The notes beneath the pieces were generated by a model. That model had not been told where the DNA came from and ran no database searches. It worked only from the letters and a program-made list of their open reading frames with translations. Shown piece by piece: positions 30,591 to 44,949 of a stretch of DNA of 64,000 nucleotides. Both the position numbers and the translations under genes were made by a program. Each line of letters begins with the position of its first letter. Position 1 is the stretch's first letter. This stretch comes from the human T2T-CHM13v2.0 reference genome, Homo sapiens, in assembly GCF_009914755.1 (NCBI RefSeq), contig NC_060929.1; one strand, 5' to 3'.

Positions 30591-31109
30591 AGGTGATAGG
30601 AGAGTAGCCACTGAATGAGAGAAGGGCATTTCTGAGAAATTATGGTTCTTACTGCTACCTGGCCCATTTCCTCCCTCTCCTCCTGTACTCTTCTACACCA
30701 CCTCCATCTGCAATCTGTGCAAGAGGCTTGGAGAGGGTAGCCCCCAACATATGTACATTTGATAATAGCTGAAAATACTGTGTGTGAGCCACACATGAGA
30801 CAGCCCAGGGACTTGGAAAGGTCTCAAAATCTCACAATAGAGAAGACAGATGACAGCCAGTAAATCCTGTACTACTTTCATGGTGGCCCCAGGCTGATGG
30901 GGCCTGAGATCCCAGATCCGAGACTTATTTGAAGATCTGGATAGCTAAGATTTTTGCTGTGCATTGTTGAGCAATTCTACTTCCCTTATTATCTACATGG
31001 ATAACACCTGAAGATTTTACACACAAATTTTTTTCTGATTATAAAAAGAATATATCTATAACTACCAATGTAAAGGTAATATCCAAGTATTAATTGTGAA
31101 GACAAGAGG

Positions 31110-31240
31110 GAATATATAAATATATGTTATATATGTATTGTAAATATAAATATATATTAATATGCATACATTTATATCTATACATATACATATACACATA
31201 CATACATAGATTTATAGCTATACAGATATATAGAATATAT
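31110..31240. repeat. AT-rich (TA/TACA)n low-complexity tract
   Basis: Directly visible. Confidence 0.85.
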
Positions 31241-31706
31241 GTTCCCTTCGGGAATGTGGGAGAATAAAGGTAGATCAAATAGCTGAAAGAAACAAAAATC
31301 TGAGAAACTTGTTAGTGTTTCCAATATGTAACTAAAATTTTTTTATACATGCACTTGTGTGCCTGTGCATACGTATTTGAAATTTTTTGTATCCTGCTAT
31401 GGGGGGAGTTATTTGGTGAATGATGTCTTGGGAGACAGAGACTCTAATAGAATTATTATAATTTAGATCAATTTAGCTTAAATTTCTCTCCTGGGGACCT
31501 TATACAAGGTTTATTTTTTTCACAAACTGTTACCTCTCTTGAATAAATTATTAAAATATCTCCCTATGTAAATTAGCTCTCATTCAAATACTGAAAACTA
31601 TTTTGTGTGTGTACGTATACACACTGGCTCTGGGATTAGTTTAAGGCATATAAAATTGACATGGAATGCGATTAATTTATATTGAATTATTAAGAGGTCA
31701 TTTAGC

Positions 31707-32003
31707 TTATTTTTATTTATTTTTTTAAGAGACAGGATTTCTCTCTGTTACCCACACTGAAATGGAGTGGCACCATTTTAGCTCACTGCAGCCTTGAACT
31801 GCTGAGTTCAAATGATCCTGCAATCTCAGCCTCCCAAGTAGCTGGGACTACCAGTATGCGCTAATTTTTTTTTAAAGGTTTTTGATAGATACAGGGCTTG
31901 GCTATGTTGACTAGGCTGGTCTTGAACTCCTAGCCTCAAGTGATCCTCCTGCCTCTGCCTCCCAAAGAGCTGGGATTACAGGCATGAGCCACCACACTCA
32001 GCT
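31707..32003 (-). mobile_element. AluJ-like
   Basis: gctcactgcagccttgaact, ctcctagcctcaagtgatcctcc. Confidence 0.9.
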
Positions 32004-32130
32004 GATAATTTAAAATAACATACATTTATTTTACTGTGAAAAATAGTAATGCACAGTGTTGATACATGAGAGAAGCCCCAAAATGATACCTCTCTTCTCG
32101 TTGAGTTTTAAAGTAAGATCAAAAGAACAA

Positions 32131-32432
32131 GGCTGGGCAAGGTGGTTCACACCTATAATCCCAAAACTTTGAGAGGCCAAGGTAGAAAGATGGCAAGATG
32201 GCTTAAGCCCAGGAGTTCGGAACCAGCATGGGTTGGTTCTTCTCTACAGAAAATTTAAAAATTAGCTGGGGTAGTGAAGCATGCCTGTGCTCCCAGTTAC
32301 TTGGGAGGCTAAGGTGGAAGGATTGTTTGGGCCCAGGAAGTCAAGGCTACAGTGAGCCGTGATCACACTGCTGCACTCCAGCCTGGGTGACAGAGCAAGA
32401 AAAAAAAAGAAAAGAAAAGGAAAAGAAAAGAA
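32131..32432 (+). mobile_element. AluJ-like with (GAAAA)n tail
   Basis: Alu dimer with small internal deletion. Confidence 0.9.
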
Positions 32433-33181
32433 ACAGATGTAAAATTGAAATATTACCTTTATTGTTGATAAAACTGATACTGGAGAAGGAAGCTTATATC
32501 TGCAGACAAGCAAGCTGCCTGATATTGGAACCAGAATTAGAGATTCTGCTCCCAGGAGTGCTAGTCAAGGCCACCATCTCAATGTAGAGGAGGAAGACAC
32601 ATATCCTTTGTAGGGCAGCTCACTGCCAGAAGGAATGAAAAGTGAAGAGTTTACACTTTGTATGCCCATTTTTCTCCTCCAAACTCATGGGTTTATAAGT
32701 AAAGGAGTGAAGAAAGTGTTATATAATCAATGTCCTTCACATGGAAAGAAACGTCAGGAGAGTTTCCTAAACATGTTGTCTAGTTGTGTTTTTTATTAAC
32801 CATTAACCCTTGGGTGCAGCTGCTCCTTTGGGGGAAAATATCAGCAGGCTCTCAGTCCATGCTCCCATCTCATGGGTGCTTCTGCAATACCAACAACTTC
32901 CCCTTTGAATATCATCCTGGAACCACCAGAGAGCAGTTTTGATTTTGCCCCCAGAAGAGTCTTAAATGCATCGGAACAGTATAGTAGGTAAATTAAGTCC
33001 AAAGCCACTTTCTACCCAATTCCAAAAGTTGACTGCCTATTCTGTTTTTCATCACAAGTCCTGAGCAGCCTCCTGCACCAGCATAGTCTATTAGAGGTTC
33101 AATATGAAGACAGTCCAACAAAAAATGGTCAGCAAGCATAGAAATATGAATATAAACTCTCTTCCATTAAAAGGTCACAAG

Positions 33182-34100
<919 letters not shown>

Positions 34101-36379
34101 AAAGAGTTCACAAGAGCAACTAAGCCTGCTTACAAGATGACTCTAAAAACATTATTGTCCAATGGAATTAAAAGTCCAGAATCAGTTTCCCTTGCCATTC
34201 AGTGTTAATGTCCAAAGACATACCAATTCAAAATTTACCCCTCTCAATCTCTTATCTTGTTCAGTTTTCAGATAGAGATTCTCCATCTTGGATAATGTGA
34301 TTCTTTCAGCAGTTACAGCTTAAGCTGTTCCATAACAGAATTAGTGTAGTTCTCAAGATGTAGTATTACTTCACGCTAAATCTTTCATGTACCACCCTTG
34401 GAAAAAGTTCAGAGTTAATTAGTAGTACTTAATAGCACTGGTCCCACATTTACCAAATTTAGAAAATTGCTGCATCCCCAGTCCCTAGGGCAGTTATCCC
34501 AGAACAAAATTATATTCTCCCAACTCAGTACTTAGTCTAAACCAAAGAGAGTTGGCAAAGACCGCAGCAGAGATTCGGCAGCATTGAGTGGAAGAAGACA
34601 CTTTCTTGGTTTGAGCTGCACCAGTATGCCAGAGTTTATGCCACTTGTCCATAGGCCATGATCTGGGAGCTTAACAATAACTAGGAAATGGCTCTTGGCA
34701 AGAGTTTATTTTTGGAACCATGAATTTTCCAGATGGGGAGAGAAATACTCCTACGCATATTGTCACCTCTCAGAAAAGAGCATTTAAGATACTGCTGCTT
34801 TGAGCAAAGTCCAGAGAGCTGACCTAGGGGCATTCCCAGTCTTATTTGAGGTGCCTTTCTTTCCCATCCAGTATATTCAAAACTTCCTAAATTGTTCTTT
34901 GTCCTTTGAATCCCATGTTTCTAGTGTTCAAAGATATTTTAAAAAGAAGCAAAATCATGACTCTCATATAGATAGAAAATGAGCACATGTTAAAGATGTT
35001 ATGTAACCCATTAATTAAGTGGAGAAACCAGGCAACTGGTTCAAAGGAGAAGTCATAGAAGTACAAATTTTTATGGACTAAGAAATGTTGATGTGAATGC
35101 TCATTTGGATGCAAAACTGGCTTCTGCATGGGCATGGGGTAGTGAGAGGATGAGGGAGTATTGTTCCTCCACCAGAAAAAATTTCACTTCAAAAAAATTT
35201 CAAAATACAAAGAAAGTAATTATTTTGATTGGCATCAGTTATTTTCCTACTTACAGAGTTAGAAAATAGCTCCCATAGAATAGAAATTAGATAACCATGA
35301 AGGGTGTATTGTGCTAGTCTAGATGTGACATAGTTTCATAGTTTTCCATTGGAGCACACATCTTCCTTCACTAGCACCCCAATATTGAACTGAACGTAGG
35401 CACCGCCAAGTTACACAGCAATCATATTCTTTTCTGATCTGGCTTTTTCTGTCTTTGCTCATAGAGGCTGTTTCTACTACCTCTTACTGCCAGGTCAGTA
35501 GTCCTAAGAACTCTGCATTCTAATCTGGGACATCTTGAGATCACACAATGAGGAGTGATCCTTGAATCTGTGTACAAATCCTATGAATTTAAGGTTAGCT
35601 CCTTCACAGCTCACTCTTTGGTCCTGGATGCAGAATGAAATTGGAGCAGCTCATCTAGTGCTCCCTCCCAGGGTCTGGCACTCTTAACTGAAACTTCCTG
35701 CAACATACACACACGCATGCACAGACACACACACACCACACACACAAATACCCTTCAGCTGCACTGCATTTTAAAAGCACCAAAAGTGTGCTGCTTTTAA
35801 AGTATGTCCAAAGACTTTCCCCTACCCCCTTACAAATGGACTACTGCCTTAGCTTTTTCAGTATTAAGCCCTTTGAGGCCCACTAGAATCTGTCCAGAAG
35901 CCCAAGAGGCCAGAGCATTTATGCCTGTGTAATCCAAGGACAGGCAGCAGCCAGCTGAGCAAAGCCCCCACTGGGGGACAGTAGCTTTGTTGAGGACAGG
36001 AAGGCCAGTGTCTGCTTGCTCACCAGCCCCCTCATGGCTAGCTTCTGAAGGCAACTGTGGGCCCCATGCATTTGTCGGGTCTGCCTTCAAAAAGATAGCT
36101 ATTGGCCTGTGGATAAGGCCTTCATAAACAGCAGTAATCAGCAAGTTCAAAATACCACATAGCCCAAGGGATAGAGCCTCTGACCTAGACTGCAACAGTG
36201 CAAAGCCAACTGCACAGCTGTTCAGACTGACTGCATCAAACCACCAAAGTCACCAAGACAATAAAAAGGGTTGTCCATTAAGCATGTCATATCATCAGCT
36301 ATGAGATATATTCCAATTAGAAAGCAGTAAAAATGAAAGAGAAAAATGTGAGTCTTAGAATCAATTAAGTATAGCAGTA

Positions 36380-36600
36380 ATAGTAACAATAGCCAAAATG
36401 TGGGTGTAGTTACTATATGCCAGGCTCTGTTTAAACCTTTACTTGTATTGCCTCATTTAATTCTCACAACAGCTTTACGAAAGCAGGCATTATTCATAGA
36501 ATCCCCATTTACAGAAAAAAATGGAAGTAGAGTGAGATTAGAAATTAGTCCAGGGCCACCTGGGTATTAGATAGTGGAGCCAGTCAGTCTGAGTATGAAT
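36380..36600 (-). mobile_element. MIR
   Basis: tactatatgccaggctctg...ctcatttaattctcacaacagc...ccccattttacagaa. Confidence 0.8.
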
Positions 36601-36740
36601 ATCTACATTACATTCTTGTAGCTCATTTGGAAAGTATAGAAATATAGAGAGAGGCAGGAGGAAAAGCCATTTGTCATCTTATCCCTGAAAGACAACATTA
36701 AAACTTTGACACTGTTCCTCCCAGTAATTAAAAAAAATTC

Positions 36741-37054
36741 TTTATTATTTTTATTTTTTATTTTTTGAGATAGAGTTTCCCTCTTGTTGCCCAAGCTGGA
36801 GTGCAATGGCGCGATCTCAGCTCACTGCAACCTCTACCTCCTGGATTCAAGTGACTCTGCCTCCTGAGCAGCTGGGACTACAAACATATTGCACCCCACC
36901 CAGCTAATATTTTTTTTTTTTTTTTTTTTTTTTTTTGTAGAGATGGGGTTTCACCATGTTGCTCAGGCTGGTCTCAAACTCCTGAGCTCAAGCGATCCTT
37001 CCACGTTGGCTTCCAAAAGTGTTGGGATTACAGACATAACCACCACACCCAGCC
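36741..37054 (-). mobile_element. Alu (AluJb/S-like) joined directly to the U2 copy
   Basis: Full dimer with long T linker on + strand; 5' end ggctgggtgtggtgg at 37054. Confidence 0.92.
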
Positions 37055-37058
37055 TTGA

Positions 37059-37076
37059 TCTACTTTTTGTTGCAAC
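37059..37076 (-). terminator. snRNA 3' box remnant downstream of the U2 copy
   Basis: GTTGCAACAAAAAGTAGA about 18 nt after the mature 3' end; resembles GTTTN1-4AANARNAGA. Confidence 0.6.
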
Positions 37077-37094
37077 CATTCTATACCCCAAAGG

Positions 37095-37275
37095 GGATGC
37101 ACCATTCCTGGAGGTACTGTAATACCAGGTCAATGGGTGGAGTGGGGCAAGTTACTAGTCCATCTACTAGCTCCAAAAATCCATTCAATATATTATCCTC
37201 CGATAGAGGATGTATCAGATATTAAACTGATATAAACAGATACCACACTTGATCTTACCCAGGCCGAGAAGTGGT
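37095..37275 (-). pseudogene. RNU2 (pseudogene copy): Full-length U2 snRNA pseudogene
   Basis: - strand accacttctcggcct--gggtaagatcaagtgtggtatctgtt...ggatttttggag...acctggtattacagtacctccaggaatggtgcatcc; branch-recognition GTAGTA mutated to GTGGTA; small deletions. Confidence 0.95.
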
Positions 37276-37997
37276 AAAAATAAATTTTCTATGAGGCTTT
37301 TAATAATCAATGTTTTTGAAGTGATTGTTTTTATAGGAACCAGATGGAACTATTAATAATTATCATCCCATCCAACACTCCAGAACAGCCCTACCATGGG
37401 TCCTTTGAACTCCAAGATTGTTGGGAATCCCAGCCAGTTCTTTCCTTGCTTTGTCCCTTTATGGGGTTAATCCAAGCCTTCCCATGGTTTGCAACATTTC
37501 CACATGCTGCTAAAGAAGGCCATGCAGTAGTAGTGATGTTTCTTGTGTGCCTGTCTTAGACCCTGAGCACTGTCACATGATCCCACTGAATTATTGCAGT
37601 AAATGATCCCAGACCCCTTGAGACACCATATGGCAAGCAACCAGATATCACAAAAGTATGACTTGTATTTCTGGGCAAGCAGCAGTCTCAGAGGACTAAG
37701 CTTTTCCTAGGCCTTGAAACCCTTGCAGCTGCCAGTAGCTGGATGAAATACGCATCTCCAGGTGGAAGAATGGTCATCAGCCCACCCCAGAGAGAGCCTG
37801 ACACTTGAGAATACAAGTGGGGCTTAAAGCACGTGCAAAACAAAGTCGAAGACCTTGTCGGTACTAATGACATCAGCTTTTCACACACAGCAAACCCAGA
37901 CAAATGGAATGCAGATAACTACATATTGCATGAACAAATTAAAAGAAATATGCTTTGATTTTTTTTCCCTTTAAATCCATACAGAAAGAAACAAGCG

Positions 37998-38363
<366 letters not shown>

Positions 38364-39849
38364 CTAGGTGGGGCAGGCTTGGCTGCATTCTCAAGGATTT
38401 GGTAATTTTGTGAGGAATTTTAAATGTTAATTTTTCATTTTAAAGATAGTACAAAAATAACTTCACCTGTTATAAAGATTATTTGCAGTGACAATTCATA
38501 TTTGAAAAACTTTGCTTGTAGAATAAGACTTTTGTTCCATAAAGTAGTATTTTTCCCACTGAAGTAAGTAGACATAGTTTTGAGACTTCATGAAACTTTT
38601 TTGCCTTTACAAGGTTAATGTAGCTCCCAGATTTAAGAAACATTGGTCTGGGACATTTTTAAAAATTGAAAACTGTAAGACATAATTATAATTTGGTATT
38701 AGTCCCTCTTTATTTCAGTTTCTCAACCACAAAACTTTCTTCCAGCCTCTCCCTTAAATGAGATGTAAAGTCAGGTGAGATTAATGTGCACTACAGCTCC
38801 ATAAGAGGAAAGATACAGGCTAAATGGAGGGCATGAATTGCTTTAAGCATAAATATAGTTACTGAGGAGAAGTGCAAATCACTACGGATCAGAAAAAAGG
38901 TGATTCTTACCTAGCAGCCTTGTGACAGTGAGGCTATGAAATACAGGCTCAGAGCCAGCTGGTTGGCTCCTCCGCAGTGGCAGAAATTCCCCAACTGTGA
39001 CCATCATAGGAAGACTAGGCAGAAGCCACGTGGGGCTTCTATTTGGGCTAAATGAGCAAAGCAAAGACATATGGAGAGGATTGCAGCAAGGAGGAGCAGG
39101 TGACAGTGCAAGTAAAAGTACCTAGCACAGTGCTTCGCACAAACCAGGTGGTCTACACATGTTTATTCCTTCTGACTCTTTAGTTCAAGTAAATATTTAG
39201 TGGAAAAATTGAGAGATTTTAAAAAGAAAGAATTCAACAATTTGGTTTGACAGGACTGTTGTTTTGACTTATATCCCAGATAAGTTTTTGTATGAACTGA
39301 TATCTCAGATATAGACCAAATGAACAGATTCACATCCAACAAGCCTATGTAGATATTTGCTGTAAGCCAGACACACGTTAGGTGACTTTGCAAAGGCAAT
39401 CCCAGTCCTTCCCAAATCCTCCAATGTCCTATTAATTAACAGTCTCATCTCAAATACATAATAAATAAATAATGAACAGTCTTATCTCGTACGACTCTGG
39501 AAGTCCAAAGCCTAAAGTTCCTAGGAGGAAACTCCCATTTTCCAAGTGGTTTTCCGTTCAGTTCACTTTATGCCACACTGTGAACACGGCTCCTTCTCCA
39601 TCATTCCCCAAAGCTTATATAGGGCTGTCGGGCCCCTAAAGTGAATTCTGCTGCTTCTCTAGAAAAATAGAAGCCTACTGCTACTGCCTCTGCTCCAAGA
39701 TTCTTATCACATACTCCAAGAGTCTCTTTCCATTCCTTACTCTTACCTTTAATTCCTGACCCTAGACAAATTATCCTGCCTAGAAAAAGAGAAGCCACCT
39801 TAGGCCAGCCCCTGAGATTCCCTCAGAGTGAGCAATTCAAAAGGTCAAG

Positions 39850-40190
39850 GTTGAAGCTGAAATGTTGTTTGTGATCTGACCTCTGAAGTCACACGCCATC
39901 ACTTCCACCATATTTCACAGCACATGCAGACCAGCTCTCCTTTCATTATGGGAGGATGCTGCACATGCGCAGGAATATCAGGAAGTAAAGATCATTGATG
40001 GCCTTCTTGGAGACTGGCTACCACTTTGCCACTGGCTTTGGGCAAGTCCCATAACCCCTCTGAACACCAAGTTCCTCATCTACGAAATAGAAATTAATAA
40101 TAGTCTCTACCTCATTAGGTTGTTTGAAAATGAGAAAATACATGTTAATTCTTTTCACTTACCAGGAACTCAGTATACATTAACCGTAAT
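39850..40190. mobile_element. MLT1-like LTR fragment (~39850-40024) followed by a MIR fragment
   Basis: gaagtcacacgccatcacttccaccatat...ttggagactggctaccac; ctttgggcaagtcc...gttcctcatctacgaaatag. Confidence 0.6.
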
Positions 40191-40439
40191 CACAATAATT
40201 CTACCATCAATACTGTTGGATAATAACTAAAAGCTTTCCCACACTAAAACCATATATCTATCTGACCAGTCCACAGAGAAGTCCACATTGCTTAAGCCAC
40301 GAAGTGGAGGCATGCACAAAGCCACTCACACCTTCACATCCTTTCCTTCATAGATTCACAGAACCTTACAGCTGCCCATCTCTTCTCTCTCCCTGCCCTA
40401 TTGATCACACATTGCAACTCTCTATATTGAACAACTTAC

Positions 40440-41095
40440 AGTCCCATGTTATTCCACATTTTTAGTCTTTGTACATGCACCTCCTTCTGCATGGAATGCT
40501 CTTTCTTTCCAGCTCTCTAATACCTCACCTAACTTCAACTCATCCTTCTTTACTCAATAAATATATTGATTTGTTTTCCTAAGTATTTTCTTTCTCTTTT
40601 TCCTTTTCTTTCCTTTTTTCCTCTCTCTTTCCCCTGTATATGTATTTAGCCCTCCTTTTTCCCCGTATTTTCTTTCATCTACTCAAAAAATTCCTACCAA
40701 GTGTCAACCATGTGCCAGGAAAAAACTAGCAAGACAAAAGCCCTGTCCTCCTGGAATATCTAGTTTACTGAGACAATTAGTACCCTCTCTCCAAAGGAAA
40801 TACATACATACATAAGACGTCAGGTCATGATGAGTGCAGTGAAGAAATATTAAACTGGGGAAATAGAGAAAATGTTGTAGAACTGCAGACCAATTTTAGA
40901 GTAAATTTAAATAAATTTTAAATAGATTTAGCTTCCTATAGACTATGAACACCTCAGGGTCAGATATTAGATCATTTACCTCTATTTCTCCAGTGATTAA
41001 CAATGTGTCTGGAGCTAAGAATATGTTTAATAAATATTTGTTGAATAAAATAAAGAAATAAATATATGTATGTATGAATAAATGAATAAATGTTA
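40440..41095. mobile_element. LINE-2 fragments in both orientations
   Basis: ccttctgcatggaatgctctt; ccatgtgccagg; L2 3' end taaatatttgttgaataaa..gaataaatgaataaatg. Confidence 0.6.
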
Positions 41096-41525
41096 GATTC
41101 CAATAAAAACCCTATATGAAAAAAACTGAGGCCCAGAAAAAGTTGATTTACTCAAGAAAGCTTACTTCAAGGACAATGCTGTTTTTACTGTGTCATATTA
41201 CACATGCCTAAAACATCTTTGTTTTAATAATACCCTATCTGCTCCTTTTTTACTGTTGTCTAGACTTGGCTACTTGAATGAAATTCTAAAGAGCTTGTTT
41301 TTCTAGCTTTCTACTTAATCTTCATGGAAACCATCACTGTTTACTCTAGAATAGATAAAGGGCTTCACCAAAGTCTCAACAGTATATTAGCTCACTTGGT
41401 CAACCAGTTGTTTGGTCATAAACCACAAGGATTCAGAATGTGCAGCTGATCAGGAACCAGAAAAGAGTTCCCACTAAAATCCCTTAGGATTCGATTCTTT
41501 TAGAGAAGAAAAACAAATCTAGGAC

Positions 41526-42038
41526 CATAATCCTCAAACTTTTGGACTCAGGACAACTTTACCCTCTTAAAAATTATGGAACATCCCAAAGAGCTTTTGT
41601 TTTTGTGGATTATATCTATTGATATTCACTGTAATGGAAACTAAAATTATGTAATTTCTAAAAATATTTACTTATTTTAAAATAATAACAGATTCATTAA
41701 ATGTTAACATCTTTTAATGAAAAATAGCTATATTTTCTAGAATAAAAAAGGTAATGAGTGAAATGGCTTTTTTACACTTCTGAGAATCTCTTCAATGTAT
41801 GCTTAATAGAAGAAAGCTGGATCCTCCTATCTACTTCTGCATTTGGTTTGTTATGATAGCATTTGTCATTTAGCCTCTGGAAAATTCCACTGCACATTCA
41901 TGAGAGAATGAATAGAAAAAGTCAAATAACATTTCAGTATTATTACAAAAGCAGTTTTGATCTTGTGGACTCTATGAAAAGGACTTGTGGTGGGGGAGGT
42001 CCCTAAGCATCCCCTTGTCCATACTTTCAGAAGTGCTG
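41526..42038 (+). mobile_element. Charlie4a-like hAT DNA transposon
   Basis: ctcaaacttttggactcaggac..tttaccctcttaaaaatta..cccaaagagcttttgt; ends catactttcagaagtgctg. Confidence 0.75.
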
Positions 42039-42145
42039 GTTTTGAGAGTCATAAATTTGTATTTAAAAAAACAAAAAGAAAATAAAATTAAACTATGTTT
42101 CAGGTTTTTATTCTAAACGTGTATCTATTTTTATACTCCTATAGG

Positions 42146-42345
42146 AGTCGTTCTCAACTTTTAGTGTGCTTAAGAATCATTTAGGAGGCATAGTTAAAAT
42201 GCTGATTTGGCTTCTACCCCCAAAGTTGCTGATTCCTTAAGTTTGGGCTAGGACCTAGGAGGGTGCACTTTTTAACAAGTTCTCACTCCAGGGCTCTATC
42301 CCCCGGATAATAATAATCCATGCCGCATTATTTGAGAAAAACCAT
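42146..42345. mobile_element. MER5A-like
   Basis: ttctcaacttttagtgtgcttaagaatca...tttgagaaa. Confidence 0.7.
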
Positions 42346-42829
42346 TCCAAAGCAAAAAATATCATGGATAGTTTACAAAACTAAAGCATTTCAGTAAGAT
42401 GAAATTTTAAATTTTGAAGTAAAAGTATCTGACTTAAAACAGAGAAAGAGATCAAGAAAAGAGAAACCCATTTCTTGTGATACACGCAGGTCCACTCTAT
42501 GGTTATTGCACCAAGATCGTGTGTTATTGCTAGCATAAGGAATTTTCCTGTCCTCCAGATTTCACTTTAGCCAAAGGTCCCTTAAGTCATCCAAACACAG
42601 TTCTTCATTCTACTACTAATATATTTACTTTCTGGCCTTAAAAAAAAAAAACTTCTAGAAGTAGCTAAAGATATCATTAAAACGTATAAAAGAAAAACAC
42701 ATTAAGATAGTTGTTCTTTGCCTAAACACAATGACGGTGATTAAATTCACCATTTCATTCATTCATTTATCAAATAGCCACAAAGCTTGTAGGCTAGGTC
42801 CTGGAAATATCAATATGTTTACCCTATAG

Positions 42830-43630
42830 GCTGTCCCATTTCTGTTAAAGGCAAAACCATCCACCTAGCTGTTCAAGCCGGAAACCCATGAGTCACTCTT
42901 AATATCTTCCTTTTCTTTATACGCTCCGTTTCTCATCTATGTACTAGTGCTGAACTCCAAAATATACCTCAAACTTGTTGACCTGTTTCTGTCTCTACCA
43001 CCTTCACTTTAGTTAAGCCACTATCATCTTATGCCTGGACTCCTGCAATTGTTCCTAACTGTTCATTCATTCATTCATTCATTCATTCAATATTGATGAG
43101 GACCTACCAAGTACCATGAACTTTTCAACACTAAAGACAGAGCAGAGAAACAAAACAGGCAAAATCCCTGCTTAATGGAACTTTCATTTTGGTGGATGGG
43201 AGACAGACAAAAAACGAATTATACAAATAAATGTGGATATGTCAAGTAGATAATTAGGTATAGAGTTGGGTGTTCAAGGGAGAGATCAGGACATATTTTA
43301 GTATTCTGGAAGTTCCAAGAACATGTCAAGCACTCATTTGCATATATTATTCCCTCTACATGGGACCCCCTTATCTTTATATTTTTTTAGAAGTTGGTGC
43401 CTTCCCACATCTTAGCCTACATGTCATCTACCTAGAGAGGACCTTGGCCACCCAATCTAAATTAAGTCCCTTCCTATAATATCCTCTCAATAACACCTGT
43501 TTATTTTCCTTCTTAGCCCATACCACAACTTGCAAAGTACTTGTCTATTTATTGCTCTCTCAATATTAAGCTGTAAATTCTATCTTTATTGTGTTTATCA
43601 TTGAATATTTAGTGCCCATCACATAGTGAA
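42830..43630. mobile_element. LINE-2 fragments including a (TTCA)n 3' end
   Basis: ccatccacctagctgttcaagcc, cttatgcctggactcctgcaat, (cattc)n at 43063-43089. Confidence 0.7.
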
Positions 43631-43634
43631 CAGA

Positions 43635-43693
43635 TGTTTTGGTTAGGATTCTACCAGAGAACAGAGCTAGCAGGAGATTTTATGTATATATGT

Positions 43694-43731
<38 letters not shown>

Positions 43732-43755
43732 ATGGAGAGAAAGAGAGATTTACTG
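43635..43755 (-). mobile_element. MLT2-like LTR fragment containing (CA)n at 43696-43729
   Basis: ggttaggattctaccagagaacagagctagcaggaga...gagagagatttact. Confidence 0.6.
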
Positions 43756-43792
43756 CACCAACTACAAAAGGATCTTTTTTTCCTTTTAATTC

Positions 43793-44104
43793 TTTTTTTT
43801 TTTTTTCCTTTTTTGAGACATAGTCTCAGTCTGTCACCCAGGCTGGAGTGCAGTGACATGACTTTGGCTCACTGCAGCCTTGAACTCCTAGGCTCAAGAG
43901 ATCCTCCCTCCTCAGCCTCCCAAGTAGCTGGGACTACAGGCGCATGCCACCACACCCGGCTAATTTTTGTCTTTTTTGTAGAGACCAGGTTTTGCAGTTT
44001 TTGCCATGTTTCCCAGGCTGATCTTGAACTCCTGGGCTCAAGGGATCCCCCCACCTTGGCCTCCCAAAGTGATTACAGGCATGAGCCATCACACCCAGCC
44101 GGCT
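43793..44104 (-). mobile_element. AluJ-like
   Basis: Full dimer; source of ORF 43732-44133. Confidence 0.9.
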
Positions 44105-44518
44105 TTTGGTTTGTTATTTTTAGCATCACCTGAGTGATATGCTTAGTTTGTTATTTTCAGTCTTTCTTCTATATCCTTCCCTTCATGCCCTGCAATATCT
44201 GGAAAAATTTATGGGTAGAGGACATAAGCAGAAAGAGTGTAATCTTACTCACAGGTGATCATAAACAGCTTGGAATGCAGAGGAGGACATTCTGGAAAAT
44301 ATTTCTCCTCATTGAGTTGCTTTTTAGTCCATACAGAATCCTCCCCATGAGTCTCCACTTCTCTTGATCTCCCTTAATCCTTCCATCTCTAAGACTTCCA
44401 TATCCTGAAAGTTTGCAGGACATTCTACAAGGAGCCAAAGCACTTAGCATTTGCCCAAGCTCAGCAACTCCTATTAGCCCCTCAAAGCCAAGGCTTGTAA
44501 AACCTCTTTGCTCTAGAC

Positions 44519-44739
44519 CAAGCTTGCTCAACCCAAGGCCCACAGCCCACATGTAGCACAGGAGGGCTTTGAATGTGGCCCAACACAAATTTGTAAGCTT
44601 TCTTAACATATTACGAGATTTTTTTTGCAATTTGTTTTAAGCTTATCAGCTATGTTTAGTGTTAGTGTATTTCCTGTGTGGCTCAAGACAATTCTTCTTC
44701 CAATGTGGCCCAGGGAAGCCAGAAGATGGGACACCCCTG
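44519..44739. mobile_element. MER30 (hAT-Charlie)
   Basis: caagcttgctcaaccc...gctttgaatgtggcccaacacaaattt...ggacacccctg; TSD ctctagac / cttgagac (6/8). Confidence 0.85.
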
Positions 44740-44949
44740 CTTGAGACCCACACATTCTTCATGCCTAAAAGGTAAACATGCCACTCTTTCTCACTTATAT
44801 AACCCATCTTTCACAACTTCATAGTATCATTACCGTGCAATATTTTTCAAAAAAGACTCTCCACAATAATGAGGAAGAGGCAGATTGAAGAGAATCAGAG
44901 ACTGCTGTCTCGTCACACTATTTCTGACACAGTTTTCATAATTTTTTCT

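Noticed and set aside
35769-35801. 10-bp inverted repeat tttaaaagca...tgcttttaaa
   Set aside because: Short and AT-rich; expected by chance in 64 kb
35830-36195. 121-aa ORF on - strand
   Set aside because: Non-ATG start and no recognisable protein family
37095-37275. Functional U2 snRNA gene
   Set aside because: No PSE/DSE visible upstream, branch-recognition sequence mutated, internal deletions, and flanked by TSD-like repeats
43732-44133. 133-aa ORF and similar SPRLECSG-type ORFs (2115, 20695, 26751, 32262, 36889, 38058, 58499, 60143)
   Set aside because: Translations of antisense Alu sequence
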